From an uncultured delta proteobacterium (GTDB taxonomy: Bacteria; Bdellovibrionota; FAC87; UBA2466): a stretch of 64,000 nt of DNA. The stretch covers positions 192,001-256,000 of the forward strand of contig CAVZSV010000005.1 in the NCBI GenBank assembly GCA_963778115.1. The letters run 5' to 3'. Below, one piece after another: positions 39,121 to 48,634 of this stretch (position 1 is its first letter; each line of letters begins with the position of its first letter). Position numbers and translations under genes: made by a program. The notes under the pieces were generated by a model that did not search any database, had not been told where the DNA came from, and was given only the letters and a program-made list of their open reading frames with translations.

Positions 39121-40149
39121 ATGAAGCATCACATTCATAGGGGAATAGTAACGGTGGCTTTCATGACGGTGGTGACCGTCATAATGGGAGGGTGTGCCAC
39201 GCAGTCCGCAAAAATTGGAACTCCGCTGGAATCTAGCAACACTAAGGTTAAATTCTCACTCGATTCCCCAGGAACTATTTTGGTAGCGCAAAAGGTGGGG
39301 CCCAAGGCCGATTGTGATTCTCTAAAGCGTCGCATCTCGGTTTCGATGAGTAAGCAGGGTAATGGAACCAATGTACCTACGACGGTCAGCTGTGACTTTC
39401 TTAAGGGAAACCTTGTGGTCACTTCTAAAACCCTTCAGCCGAAGGGGGATTACTCGATTGGTATTCGCCGGACTGATGTGAAAGGGTTTAAAGAGAATCC
39501 TGTGATCTACGCTAAGTATGAGGATCCCGACTTTTCCGGGGGCGCTGACAGCCTTGTCGATGGAGCGAAGGAGCTAGTCACGGGACAATCGATCAAAGGG
39601 GCTGTGAGTTATCCCGCGGGAAATTCGACGGAATGGGTTCGGTTAAAGGGGAAAAACGCCTCGGTGGGCTTAACGTTAGTGTGGGGGCCGGAGGCTAAGG
39701 ACGTGAAAGCCGAAGTGTACGACGCTACCGCTAAGACTCCTAAACTGATGACAGTGCTTGCGAATAAGAAGAAGAGAATGGTCCCGCTTCGCAATAGCAA
39801 CGTATTGGTAAAGATAACCGCAAAAGCCTACGGAGGAACTGGCCAATACTCATTGATACGAGCGGATGCCGGAGCGTTGGGGACTACGAGTGTTGCCAGA
39901 GGGTTTGCCATTCCGGTCATCGATTGTTACCAAGTCGGCGACAATAACTCCGTGGTCTTGTTGCAGGCGGTTACTGGCGTCAAAGTGAACGACGAAGTCA
40001 GTGTCTTTGGCCGCAAGACCTCGGGAGAAAATGTCACCATTGGCAGCTGCCAGGTGACCTCCATTGTAGGATCCCAGGCCAGCTGCAAGATGGACCGGGA
40101 TGTGACCGGATTTGTGGAGTATCATGCCGAAGGGCGAATCTCCGGATAG
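39121..40149 (+). CDS. Lipoprotein with beta-rich domains
   Basis: Signal peptide ending MGGC; IKGAVSYPAGNSTEWVRL...GQYSL (PPC-like); VKVNDEVSVF...IGSCQVTSI. Confidence 0.7.
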   Translation: MKHHIHRGIVTVAFMTVVTVIMGGCATQSAKIGTPLESSNTKVKFSLDSPGTILVAQKVGPKADCDSLKRRISVSMSKQGNGTNVPTTVSCDFLKGNLVVTSKTLQPKGDYSIGIRRTDVKGFKENPVIYAKYEDPDFSGGADSLVDGAKELVTGQSIKGAVSYPAGNSTEWVRLKGKNASVGLTLVWGPEAKDVKAEVYDATAKTPKLMTVLANKKKRMVPLRNSNVLVKITAKAYGGTGQYSLIRADAGALGTTSVARGFAIPVIDCYQVGDNNSVVLLQAVTGVKVNDEVSVFGRKTSGENVTIGSCQVTSIVGSQASCKMDRDVTGFVEYHAEGRISG

Positions 40150-40191
40150 GATGGCTTTCCCTTTCCGCCAATCCCTGGTAAACCGGGGGTA

Positions 40192-40638
40192 ATGCGTGGT
40201 TACTTTCCAGCATGGATAGTGAAATGGCTGGTGACGACCCTAACCATCTTGATGGTTCCCCAGGTGGTTCCAGGGGTTCACGTGGCCAATTTTCGGACAG
40301 CACTTGCCGCTGGAGCGGTACTAGGCGTTTTAAATCTTCTGGTTCGTCCACTGCTCATTTTGTTTACCTTACCGCTGACACTTGTCTCGCTGGGGATTTT
40401 CCTCCTCTTTATCAATGCGTTCATCTTTGAAATGGCGGGCTGGTTCGTCAGTGGATTCGCGGTGGACTCTTTTGGATCGGCTTTTTTGGCAGCATTGATG
40501 GTGAGTGCGGTCTCCTGGCTCCTTAACCGATCTCAAAATCCACAAAACCAATCTCGACTCTTTGTAATGTCTCACGGAGATTTCGGACCTCGTCGTAGAA
40601 AAGTCGTTGACCTCAGTGAGCGTCGTCCGGAAGACTAA
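40192..40638 (+). CDS. Phage holin superfamily IV / YvlD-like 4-TM membrane protein
   Basis: VPGVHV.NF.TAL..GAVLGVLNLLVRPLLILFTLPLTLVSLGIFLLFINA...GFAVDSFGSAF. Confidence 0.88.
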   Translation: MRGYFPAWIVKWLVTTLTILMVPQVVPGVHVANFRTALAAGAVLGVLNLLVRPLLILFTLPLTLVSLGIFLLFINAFIFEMAGWFVSGFAVDSFGSAFLAALMVSAVSWLLNRSQNPQNQSRLFVMSHGDFGPRRRKVVDLSERRPED

Positions 40639-40643
40639 GAAAT

Positions 40644-42149
40644 ATGGCTGACCAAAAAGTTGCGTACCAAGAACTCTTAACCATTGAGCGAACCGTCGGG
40701 CTTTGGGCCTCCATTGACTCGGTTCTGGGTTGGGATGAATCCACCTACTTACCCGAAAAAGGGGTGAAACTTCGAGGGGACCAAAAGGCCCTGCTTCATT
40801 CCACCTTGCATCAGAAAATGACCGAGCCTCGTGTAGGAGAGTTGCTGCGGACGGTCGAGGAATCAACTCTGGTCCAAGAGCCTATGGTCGCTGCCAATGT
40901 ACGCGAGATTCGAAGAAACTATGATCGGGCGACTAAGATTCCGGGCGCGTTAGTGAATGAGTTGGCCCTTGCGTCGACCGCGGGTCGCGAAGCCTGGATC
41001 GACGCCAGAAAGCGATCTGATTTTAGCCGGTTCAAACCCTTTCTCGAAAAGGTTCTGCAACTGCGCAAAGCGGAGTGCCGGTACTTGGGATTTGAAAAAG
41101 AGCCTTACGACGCTTTACTCGAAAATTATGAACCTGGTGCTAAGACCAAAAAAGTAGCAGGGATTCTCTCGGCATTAAAGACCGAGATGGTTCCTTTGAT
41201 TGATCGGGTGAAGAGGTCCTCTCGAAGCAGCTCCCTTGAATTTTTAAAGGGCAACTATCCTGAAGCCGCCCAATATGGCTTCGGTAAGCAGGCAGTTGCT
41301 CGCATCGGTTTTGATTTTACCAGAGGCCGTATCGATACGACGACACATCCCTTCTGTTCGGGCTTTAGCCCTTGTGATGTTCGCATCACCACCCGATACG
41401 ACTCAGCGTTTTTCCCCTCTTCTTTCTACTCGCTGCTTCACGAAGCAGGGCACGGACTCTATGAACAGGGGTTAAATGAAGACTATTTTGGTGAACCCTT
41501 GGGAAGAGCTTGTTCCACGGCCATTCACGAATCGCAGTCACGACTGTGGGAGAATCTGGTAGGACGTCGTCCCTCTTTTTGGAGCTATTTCTATCCGCAG
41601 GCGCAAGCCACGTTTTGCGCATTGGAGTCGGTGTCGCAAGAGGAGTTTGTGCGCGCGGTAAACCATGTGGAGCTATCGACCATTAGGGTAGAGGCTGACG
41701 AAATGACTTATAACCTGCATATCATTTTACGATTTGAGTTAGAGCAGGCTTTGGTTAACGGAGACATTAAAGTCGCTGACGTTCCAGCGGCCTGGAATGA
41801 AAAGTTTAGATCCCTCTTCGGCTTTGCTCCCTCAGATGATGCGGAAGGTTGTTTGCAAGACGTGCACTGGAGTGGGGGAGATTTCGGATACTTTCCGACG
41901 TATGCTTTGGGCAATATGTATGCGGCTCAGTTTTATGAAGCGGCGGAAAAGGAGCTTGGAGATTTGGACGCCCAATTTAAGAATGGGCACTTTTCAAATC
42001 TTCGAGAGTGGCTCGGCTCCAAAATCCACACGCACGGCCAGCTCTATACGGCGGAGGTTCTTTGTCGCAATATCACCGGTAAAGAGCTTTCTCATGAAGC
42101 TTTAGTACGCCACTTAACGAAGAAGTGCGAAGTTTTCTACGGGATATAA
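40644..42149 (+). CDS. Carboxypeptidase M32 (Taq-like)
   Basis: LGWDE; HPF; DVRITTRY; HEAGH; HESQSRLWEN; IRVEADE; GCLQDVHW; GYFPTYALG. Confidence 0.95.
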   Translation: MADQKVAYQELLTIERTVGLWASIDSVLGWDESTYLPEKGVKLRGDQKALLHSTLHQKMTEPRVGELLRTVEESTLVQEPMVAANVREIRRNYDRATKIPGALVNELALASTAGREAWIDARKRSDFSRFKPFLEKVLQLRKAECRYLGFEKEPYDALLENYEPGAKTKKVAGILSALKTEMVPLIDRVKRSSRSSSLEFLKGNYPEAAQYGFGKQAVARIGFDFTRGRIDTTTHPFCSGFSPCDVRITTRYDSAFFPSSFYSLLHEAGHGLYEQGLNEDYFGEPLGRACSTAIHESQSRLWENLVGRRPSFWSYFYPQAQATFCALESVSQEEFVRAVNHVELSTIRVEADEMTYNLHIILRFELEQALVNGDIKVADVPAAWNEKFRSLFGFAPSDDAEGCLQDVHWSGGDFGYFPTYALGNMYAAQFYEAAEKELGDLDAQFKNGHFSNLREWLGSKIHTHGQLYTAEVLCRNITGKELSHEALVRHLTKKCEVFYGI

Positions 42150-42242
42150 CTAGGCGACACTTTCACTCCTGGGCCAATGTCTTGGGGGAGGGGTAGCAAG
42201 AGTGGGCTACTCACGTCTTATTACTGGGGCGTCTCGTAGTAC

Positions 42243-43784
42243 TTACGGCTGCACCATAAATTCAATCGTCAATGCATCGGCGAAGCTGGCATCCCCATAC
42301 CACGGGTTGGAATTATCTAATTGGGCACAGGTGTAGTTCGTTACGACGGTAGCACCTTGGGGGGCGATACGCGTCTTGTCCGGCAAAGAGCCGTTGATGA
42401 AGGCTTTCGCGGCGGCGATCTTAAGGCCGGAAATAGCTTCGGGAACGTTGAGAAGAGAACCGAAGAGGCTTTTCTGGTCTTCTTTTTCTTTGGTGCGATC
42501 CTTGGTATAGCTTCCTGCTTGAACATCCACCAGCTGTAGCCCTTGGACTTCGGCTAAGAATCTAAGATCAAGATCCACCCGCTCGGGATTTGCACTCAGA
42601 TCGTCAGTGGGAACTAATTGAAAGCTTGCGGCCAGATTCAAAAAGACTCGCTTGCCCTTTGGCGTACGAAGTTCCCAAGGACGAAGCACAGGAGCCGTCT
42701 CTCCCGTTAACGAGATGCCGATTCGATATTTTTTTCTGGTATCGATTCGGTTTTCAAAGATATGAAAAAAATCACTGAGCTCTTGCCCGCTCGACTGCAG
42801 CCAAAACACATCCGCAGAGGGAATCGTTTGATGAGTCTTTAGGTAGTCGTTAAAGAGGAAAGTAAGCGCCTCTGCCGATAAAGTGATTCCTCCCCGTTGT
42901 GCGGGATGGCCCGAAGGGGATACCGAAGGGGGTAAAGGCGTTTGAAAGGGGGCCAAGACAAAATCACTAGGCAGCTGGGTTCGAATCCGCCACTGGGGAG
43001 GGGATACTGTTAGCTCCCTCTCGAACACCACATCGATAGGCTTACTGTGGGGCAGAGCAAGCTTAAAGTTGTTTCCAAGGGTTTCGACCCATTTCGCTAC
43101 AATCTCGCCTTTGATCTGTTTAAGCATTGCTTCGCGCGCACGGGAAATGAACTCGCCTCGATAAGATTTAAGGGCTCCTTGGACCAAAGCTTCGCTCCCT
43201 GCTGGGGCTTTTCGTACTATAGCGTCGCTAAAGTGCTGTGCGAAATACTGCTCGTTGAGAGTCTGTCGAAGAACGGCCTCAATGTATTGCCCGCCGGCCT
43301 TTTCATCGGCAAGAACAAGAACCGGATTTTGCCCCGGATTAAGGCGCAAGGGGAGTTTGTCGGGAAGCGGGATGTCCAATGGGATTCCCGGTTTGCTTTC
43401 CATGTAAGCTTCAAACGCGAGATCGGCTCTCTTCGTAACGATTCGTCCCCTTTCGAAGGAGGGAAGTTCCAGCCCCTGAGTATGGTAAACGACGGTAAAA
43501 TCCACGTGAGAGATAAGGATCTGCTCGGCATGGATCTCGGCACCGACAATGTTGACGGCTACATTTCCAGAATTACCGATGGCGATGGTTTGAGGCGGGG
43601 TTGCAAGCGGAATGGGAACGACTTCGACACGGATATCGAAGTACCCCGGAAATACCGGAGGCTCTTCGGTGGCAAAAACATTTCCTGCCGAAAGAGCTGA
43701 CAAGATAACCCCCAAAGCCGCGGCTGCGGTAAACGTTAGAAATTTCCCCACGAAATTCGCCCCCAAGTTTTTGATTAAGGTCAT
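42243..43784 (-). CDS. Hypothetical exported protein (513 aa)
   Basis: Long ORF with a signal-peptide-like N-terminus ending VFA; no family recognised. Confidence 0.65.
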   Translation of the reverse strand: MTLIKNLGANFVGKFLTFTAAAALGVILSALSAGNVFATEEPPVFPGYFDIRVEVVPIPLATPPQTIAIGNSGNVAVNIVGAEIHAEQILISHVDFTVVYHTQGLELPSFERGRIVTKRADLAFEAYMESKPGIPLDIPLPDKLPLRLNPGQNPVLVLADEKAGGQYIEAVLRQTLNEQYFAQHFSDAIVRKAPAGSEALVQGALKSYRGEFISRAREAMLKQIKGEIVAKWVETLGNNFKLALPHSKPIDVVFERELTVSPPQWRIRTQLPSDFVLAPFQTPLPPSVSPSGHPAQRGGITLSAEALTFLFNDYLKTHQTIPSADVFWLQSSGQELSDFFHIFENRIDTRKKYRIGISLTGETAPVLRPWELRTPKGKRVFLNLAASFQLVPTDDLSANPERVDLDLRFLAEVQGLQLVDVQAGSYTKDRTKEKEDQKSLFGSLLNVPEAISGLKIAAAKAFINGSLPDKTRIAPQGATVVTNYTCAQLDNSNPWYGDASFADALTIEFMVQP

Positions 43785-43867
43785 GCGATAAGAAGACGTA
43801 CATTATAAGGCGCATCGCGTTAAAACACAAGCGGTAAGAGCCCGAAAGTAGTAACAATTAGCGGCAC

Positions 43868-44095
43868 CTACCGGCAGACCGAGGTGATTAAGCCTGACGT
43901 TCGTGCAGGCAAATTTCGGCACCACGATCGCTTAAGCTCGGGTCCTTTTGCGAGCACTAACCAGACCACGATAGCAACGATAGCCACCGAGAGCAGAAGG
44001 CGTAGGATTCGACCTATGACGAACATCGCAATTCCTAGCGTGAATAGGACGGCGGTAACGGCGATCAACAGCTCCGGCGAAAACGTCACGGGCAT
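43868..44095 (-). CDS. Small two-TM membrane protein
   Basis: Two hydrophobic helices; GAGG RBS upstream. Confidence 0.55.
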   Translation of the reverse strand: MPVTFSPELLIAVTAVLFTLGIAMFVIGRILRLLLSVAIVAIVVWLVLAKGPELKRSWCRNLPARTSGLITSVCR

Positions 44096-44291
44096 GGAAA
44101 TTACCTCTGATTTGCGGTTAAGAAGGTTCGTAATGTACCTAAAAGTTGAAAATAACTCAATCGATGAATCCTAAACTATTGATATGAAATAGAAAAAAAG
44201 TTGAGCCCGTCTCAAGAGTTGGAATTGCTTTTGATTTGGATTAGTGTTTTTTTGTTTTCTCCACCACGAAGTAAAAGCGGGAGTGATCGTT

Positions 44292-46181
44292 ATGCCCAGG
44301 CCAGTATCGGTGGGAACTTGGGGGCGCCAAGCGGGTTTTATTCTGATAGGTCTAGGGCTTTTTCTAGCTCTGGCACGCTGGCAATTTACGCACATTCTTC
44401 CCGGTCCCTTAGGGGGCTGGCCGTCTTTTTCTCCGACAGACCTCGCTGAAATTTTGGGATCCCTTATCTTACTGACCTGGTTAGTCACCCATATCGTTTC
44501 CAGTCGCCAAAGACTCGGGCTTCAGCTGAAAACAAGCGAGCTAGGAACAGAAAAGTTGGGCACTGATCAGCAAGCAAAGAGGGATCAAGTCCTTTTTGCG
44601 CAAGTGAGCGCTTACGGAAAGCTCGAATCCTCTATGATGAACGATTTCGAAAAAGAGCTGCAAAATCCGAAGCAGATTCTTCAATTAGTCCTCGACAACA
44701 TGTGTGAAGGTGTCGCGATGGCGAATGCCCAAGGACGGCTAGTCTATTTCAATCAAGCCGCCGAGAAACTTTGCGGAAAGCCACCCTCTTCGGGGTCGGC
44801 AGCCGAATGGCCCTCCTATTTTGGAATGCTTTCGCCCGACAGCGAAAAGCCGTTTCCGTACGAATCTCTTCCTATCTATCGCGCGATCGCTCTGGGAGAA
44901 ACGACACAAGACTGCGAACTTCTGATCCGTAATGAGAGCCATCCTGAGGGAATTTATATTAGTGTGAGCGGCCGACCCATTTACGAGCAAAACGGGAGGC
45001 TCGCGGGTGCTGTTACCGTATTTCGCGATATCAGCGAGTCGAAACGGGTCGCTTGGGAATTAAAGAGTGGGAACGAGAGGTTTGAAACCTTAGCGCGTGT
45101 GACCAACGATGTCGTGTGGGACTGGAATGTGAAGTCCGGCGAAGTCTGGCATAACGAAGCTTTTAGTCGTTTGCTAGGCAACGACGTGAGAGCTCCCACC
45201 GATTTGTCGCTCTGGCGGGATAAGATTCACCCCGATGATAGAGAACGTGTTTGGAAGTCGATTAGAGGGACCGTGGAATCCGGTGCGAGGCTTTGGCAAG
45301 AAGAGTATCGCTTTGGGGAAGAGGGATCTTATAAGGACATCTTAGACCGAGGTCATGTCATTAAAGATCCCAGTGGAGCTCCGGTTCGCATGGTGGGAGT
45401 CATGATCGATATCACTCGGTTAAAAGATGTGGAGAATCGATTGCGCCGGCAGGCGACGGAATTGGCTCGTTCTAATAAGGACCTAGAACAGTTCGCTTAT
45501 GTCGCTTCTCATGATCTTAAAGAGCCCTTGCGAATGGTAACTAGTTTTGTCCAAATGCTTAAACGCAAGTATGAAGGAAGATTAGACCTGGATGCAGACG
45601 ATTATATTCGTTACGCGGTGGATGGCGCTGCTCGGATGCATAGCCTCATCGATGACTTGCTCACCTATTCGCACGTAGATCGAAAGACAGAACCGTTCGA
45701 ATTGACGGACCTTAACGTTGTCTTGAGAAAAGTGGTCCAAAACTTAGCGGAACTGACTCGGGAGAGTAGCGCTAGTATCACAGCCCTCGAACTTCCCACG
45801 GTGATGGCGGATCCCATTCAAATGGGTCAATTGCTACAGAACCTGATCGCCAATGCCATCAAATACCGAGATCCCGCCGTTCCGCCTCGGATTCGGATCG
45901 AAGCGGAGCAGGGAGAGGGGCATTGGATATTTTCGGTCCAAGATAACGGGATAGGAATAGCTCCTGAGTTTTCGGAACGGATTTTTAAACTTTTCCAACG
46001 GCTGCATACCAAAGAGGAATATCCGGGGACCGGCATTGGGCTTGCCATCTGCAAGCGCATTTCGGAACGCCACGGAGGAAGAATATGGGTGGAATCTAGT
46101 CCGGGGCGGGGCTCGACCTTTTACTTTGCACTTCCCAAAAGAGAGAGTTGGCCTTCGCTTAGAACCGTCAATTTCATGTAG
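44292..46181 (+). CDS. Membrane PAS-PAS sensor histidine kinase
   Basis: 2 TMs; two PAS/PAC domains (IHPDDRERV); FAYVASHDLKEPLR H-box; NLIANAIKY; DNGIGI; GTGIGL; HGGRIWVES. Confidence 0.93.
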   Translation: MPRPVSVGTWGRQAGFILIGLGLFLALARWQFTHILPGPLGGWPSFSPTDLAEILGSLILLTWLVTHIVSSRQRLGLQLKTSELGTEKLGTDQQAKRDQVLFAQVSAYGKLESSMMNDFEKELQNPKQILQLVLDNMCEGVAMANAQGRLVYFNQAAEKLCGKPPSSGSAAEWPSYFGMLSPDSEKPFPYESLPIYRAIALGETTQDCELLIRNESHPEGIYISVSGRPIYEQNGRLAGAVTVFRDISESKRVAWELKSGNERFETLARVTNDVVWDWNVKSGEVWHNEAFSRLLGNDVRAPTDLSLWRDKIHPDDRERVWKSIRGTVESGARLWQEEYRFGEEGSYKDILDRGHVIKDPSGAPVRMVGVMIDITRLKDVENRLRRQATELARSNKDLEQFAYVASHDLKEPLRMVTSFVQMLKRKYEGRLDLDADDYIRYAVDGAARMHSLIDDLLTYSHVDRKTEPFELTDLNVVLRKVVQNLAELTRESSASITALELPTVMADPIQMGQLLQNLIANAIKYRDPAVPPRIRIEAEQGEGHWIFSVQDNGIGIAPEFSERIFKLFQRLHTKEEYPGTGIGLAICKRISERHGGRIWVESSPGRGSTFYFALPKRESWPSLRTVNFM

Positions 46182-46193
46182 GTCTATTAACCG

Positions 46194-46514
46194 ATGCCAA
46201 ATGAGTTGTTTGTTTATATGACGGCCAAAGATGCCGCCCAGGCGAATAAGCTAGGGCGTGCTTTAGTGGAACGAAAACTTGCGGCGTGCGTGAATCTGCT
46301 TCCCAAGATGAGTTCGCTTTACCGGTGGAAAGGTAAGATAGAACAGGCTCAAGAGGTGGTGCTTATCGCTAAGACCACACGAAGTTGTTGGGATCGCTTA
46401 CTGGAAACCGTGAAGGAGTTGCATAGCTACGAGTGTCCTTGTGTCGTGGCGCTTCCGCTAGCGCTGGGAAATCCGGACTACCTAGCTTGGATTAGGGAAA
46501 GCTGCGCGCCGTAA
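46194..46514 (+). CDS. cutA: Divalent-cation tolerance protein CutA
   Basis: LVERKLAACVN; SLYRWKGKIE; LHSYECP; YLAWI. Confidence 0.95.
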   Translation: MPNELFVYMTAKDAAQANKLGRALVERKLAACVNLLPKMSSLYRWKGKIEQAQEVVLIAKTTRSCWDRLLETVKELHSYECPCVVALPLALGNPDYLAWIRESCAP

Positions 46515-47469
46515 GCGGTCATTGATGGCCCGACCGACACCGATCTCAGGGACCATCTCGGCATAAGATCACATCACAAGGGGACCCATCGAGTTTTCTT
46601 AAGGCCGAAAAAAGTTGAGCGGCCGCTTCTTTCACATCTCCCTGTGAGGAGAGAATTTCACAATAGCCAAAGGGGTGAGCCGGCGGCTGCTGGAAACACA
46701 GGATTGCCGATTCTGCGGTATTTTCGGGCGCAGCCCCTTTGCGCCAAAGGCGCAGAGGCTTGCGAGGCGAATAGTGTTTTTCGAGCATTCCTGGAGCTAG
46801 AGGGGTTTGGCTAAGAGGCGCTTGGCTTAGAGGGCCAATGACGTCTTCAATCAGTTCCAAAGCCAGGCCTCCCAGGCGGAGGCAAAAAGCATTTTCGTCG
46901 GCAAAGCCTCCCGAAAATCCCCCCGAGAATCCCTCAGAGAATCCAATGATAGTCGACTCCACTCCCACCGCGGCCTTTCCCCCTTCGAGAACCACCGCTG
47001 CTTTGTGATGAATTTCAGCCGTGATGTGAACGGCTTCGGTCGGGCTTAGCTGTTGGAAGAGATTTGCACTGGGAGCTGCCACGGGGATCTGGGCTTCTGT
47101 TAGCAAATCCAGCGCGATGGGATGAGCCGGAACGCGGATCGCCACTGTGGATAGGCCTGCCGTCACGATCTCGGGAACGAGTTCGGATTTAGGCAGTACT
47201 AAAGTAAGTGGTCCGGGCCAGAAGGCGTCGATTAAGCGCCTCGCCTTCTCGGGGAGCGCGCAGATTAAAGGGAGTGCTGCGGACAATGAGGCGACATGGA
47301 CGATAAGAGGATTAAATCGGGGGCGTCGTTTGGTTTCAAAAATGGAGGCAATAGCCCTCGGATCGAGCGCGTTCGCCCCTAGACCATAAACGGTTTCCGT
47401 TGGAAACACGACAAGCTCGCCTTTTCGTAGGGCCAAAGCGGCTGCCTGAATTTTGGCGTCGACCTGCAT
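46482..47469 (-). CDS. sua5: L-threonylcarbamoyladenylate synthase Sua5 (C-terminal frameshift at ~46565; open frame 46546..47469)
   Basis: FPTETVYGLGA; KRRPRFNPLIVH; FWPGPLT; AAPSAN; PGMLEKHYSP; the conserved end GVGRAINDRLRRAA lies in another frame. Confidence 0.9.
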
Positions 47470-47529
47470 CTAAGCCCCTTACCACTATTTGCTCTAGAGG
47501 GGCAACGAGCAACCTGGTACGTTGCTTTG

Positions 47530-48399
47530 ATGGCCAAGACTTTTCAAAAAAAGGACTCTTTCCCCTTACAAGTGCACTACCAACGGTTTCCCAAGCGTTC
47601 TGAAAGACTGGCGCATCTTGAGTTTTGTCGTCCCGAAGTGGCCAATAGCCTAAATGACTCGCTCTTAACAGCGTTCAAAGCCACGTTGATCAATCTGCGC
47701 AACGATTCCAGCGTGAGAGCGGTCGTGCTTTCCGGGAAGGGCAAACATTTTGGGGCAGGCGCTGACTTAAAGTGGATGCAGTACTGTTCCACCGCGTCAG
47801 AGAGCGAAAATCTCAAAGGAGCCCAACTCTTAGGTGACTGCTTTCAACTATTATACGAACTTCCCCTTCCGACTTTGGCCTTGGTTCAAGGCGCCGCCGT
47901 TGGAGGATCGATGTGTTTTGTCGCGTGCTGTGACAATGCCATCGCGACTCCCTCATCGGTCTTCTCATTGAGCGAGGGCAAACTTGGATTTTCAGCCGCT
48001 ATCATCTTGCCATACCTTTCTCAGAAGGTGTCCAGCGTCTACCTAAGGGATTGGGTGTTAACCGGTAGAAAGATTGCAGCTTTGGAAGCGCGCGAAGGCC
48101 ATCTGTTAACCCAAGTGGTGGCTCGCAACAAGGTCCAGTCCGCGCTTAGGAGTTGGGTTCAGGGGGTGCTCGAAGCAGAGCCCCGGGCAATCTCAGAATT
48201 TAAGGTAGCACACCAAGCTTGGCTCTCAGGGGGAGATCGGAAAGGTTTCCAAAGGGAGAGCTTGGCAAGAAAATTGGCTCATTCTCGAGCTGCAAAGCCA
48301 GCACAAGAGGGGATGAAGGCCTTTTTCGATAGAAGACCCCCGGATTGGGCGATTTTCATTCCCCCTCAGTGGAAGCTTGAGACCCTCACAAACTTTTGA
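47530..48399 (+). CDS. Enoyl-CoA hydratase/isomerase family protein (methylglutaconyl-CoA hydratase-like)
   Basis: [49 protein letters not shown]. Confidence 0.88.
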   Translation: MAKTFQKKDSFPLQVHYQRFPKRSERLAHLEFCRPEVANSLNDSLLTAFKATLINLRNDSSVRAVVLSGKGKHFGAGADLKWMQYCSTASESENLKGAQLLGDCFQLLYELPLPTLALVQGAAVGGSMCFVACCDNAIATPSSVFSLSEGKLGFSAAIILPYLSQKVSSVYLRDWVLTGRKIAALEAREGHLLTQVVARNKVQSALRSWVQGVLEAEPRAISEFKVAHQAWLSGGDRKGFQRESLARKLAHSRAAKPAQEGMKAFFDRRPPDWAIFIPPQWKLETLTNF

Positions 48400-48430
48400 T
48401 ATCCTTGCGCCTATTCAGGAGGGAGTTCCT

Positions 48431-48634
48431 TTGGCCGATTTTCGAATTGGAATTAAAGTTAGAGAAGGCGAACATTACGAAGCTACACTTCGTAGATTTA
48501 AAAAGGATTGCGAAAAGGGAGGCATTCTCTCTGAAGTTCGCCGACGCGAGTTTTACGAGAAGCCCTCGGTACGTCGCAAGAAAAAATCTATCGCAGCCCG
48601 TAAGAGGGCGCTTAAGAACAATATTAGGCGATAG
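48431..48634 (+). CDS. rpsU: 30S ribosomal protein S21
   Basis: [48 protein letters not shown] start after AGGAGG. Confidence 0.93.
   Translation: MADFRIGIKVREGEHYEATLRRFKKDCEKGGILSEVRRREFYEKPSVRRKKKSIAARKRALKNNIRR

Noticed and set aside
22856..40149. Canonical T6SS
   Set aside because: No TssB/C split sheath, Hcp, TssJLM, TssK or ClpV recognisable; the tubes are gp19-type
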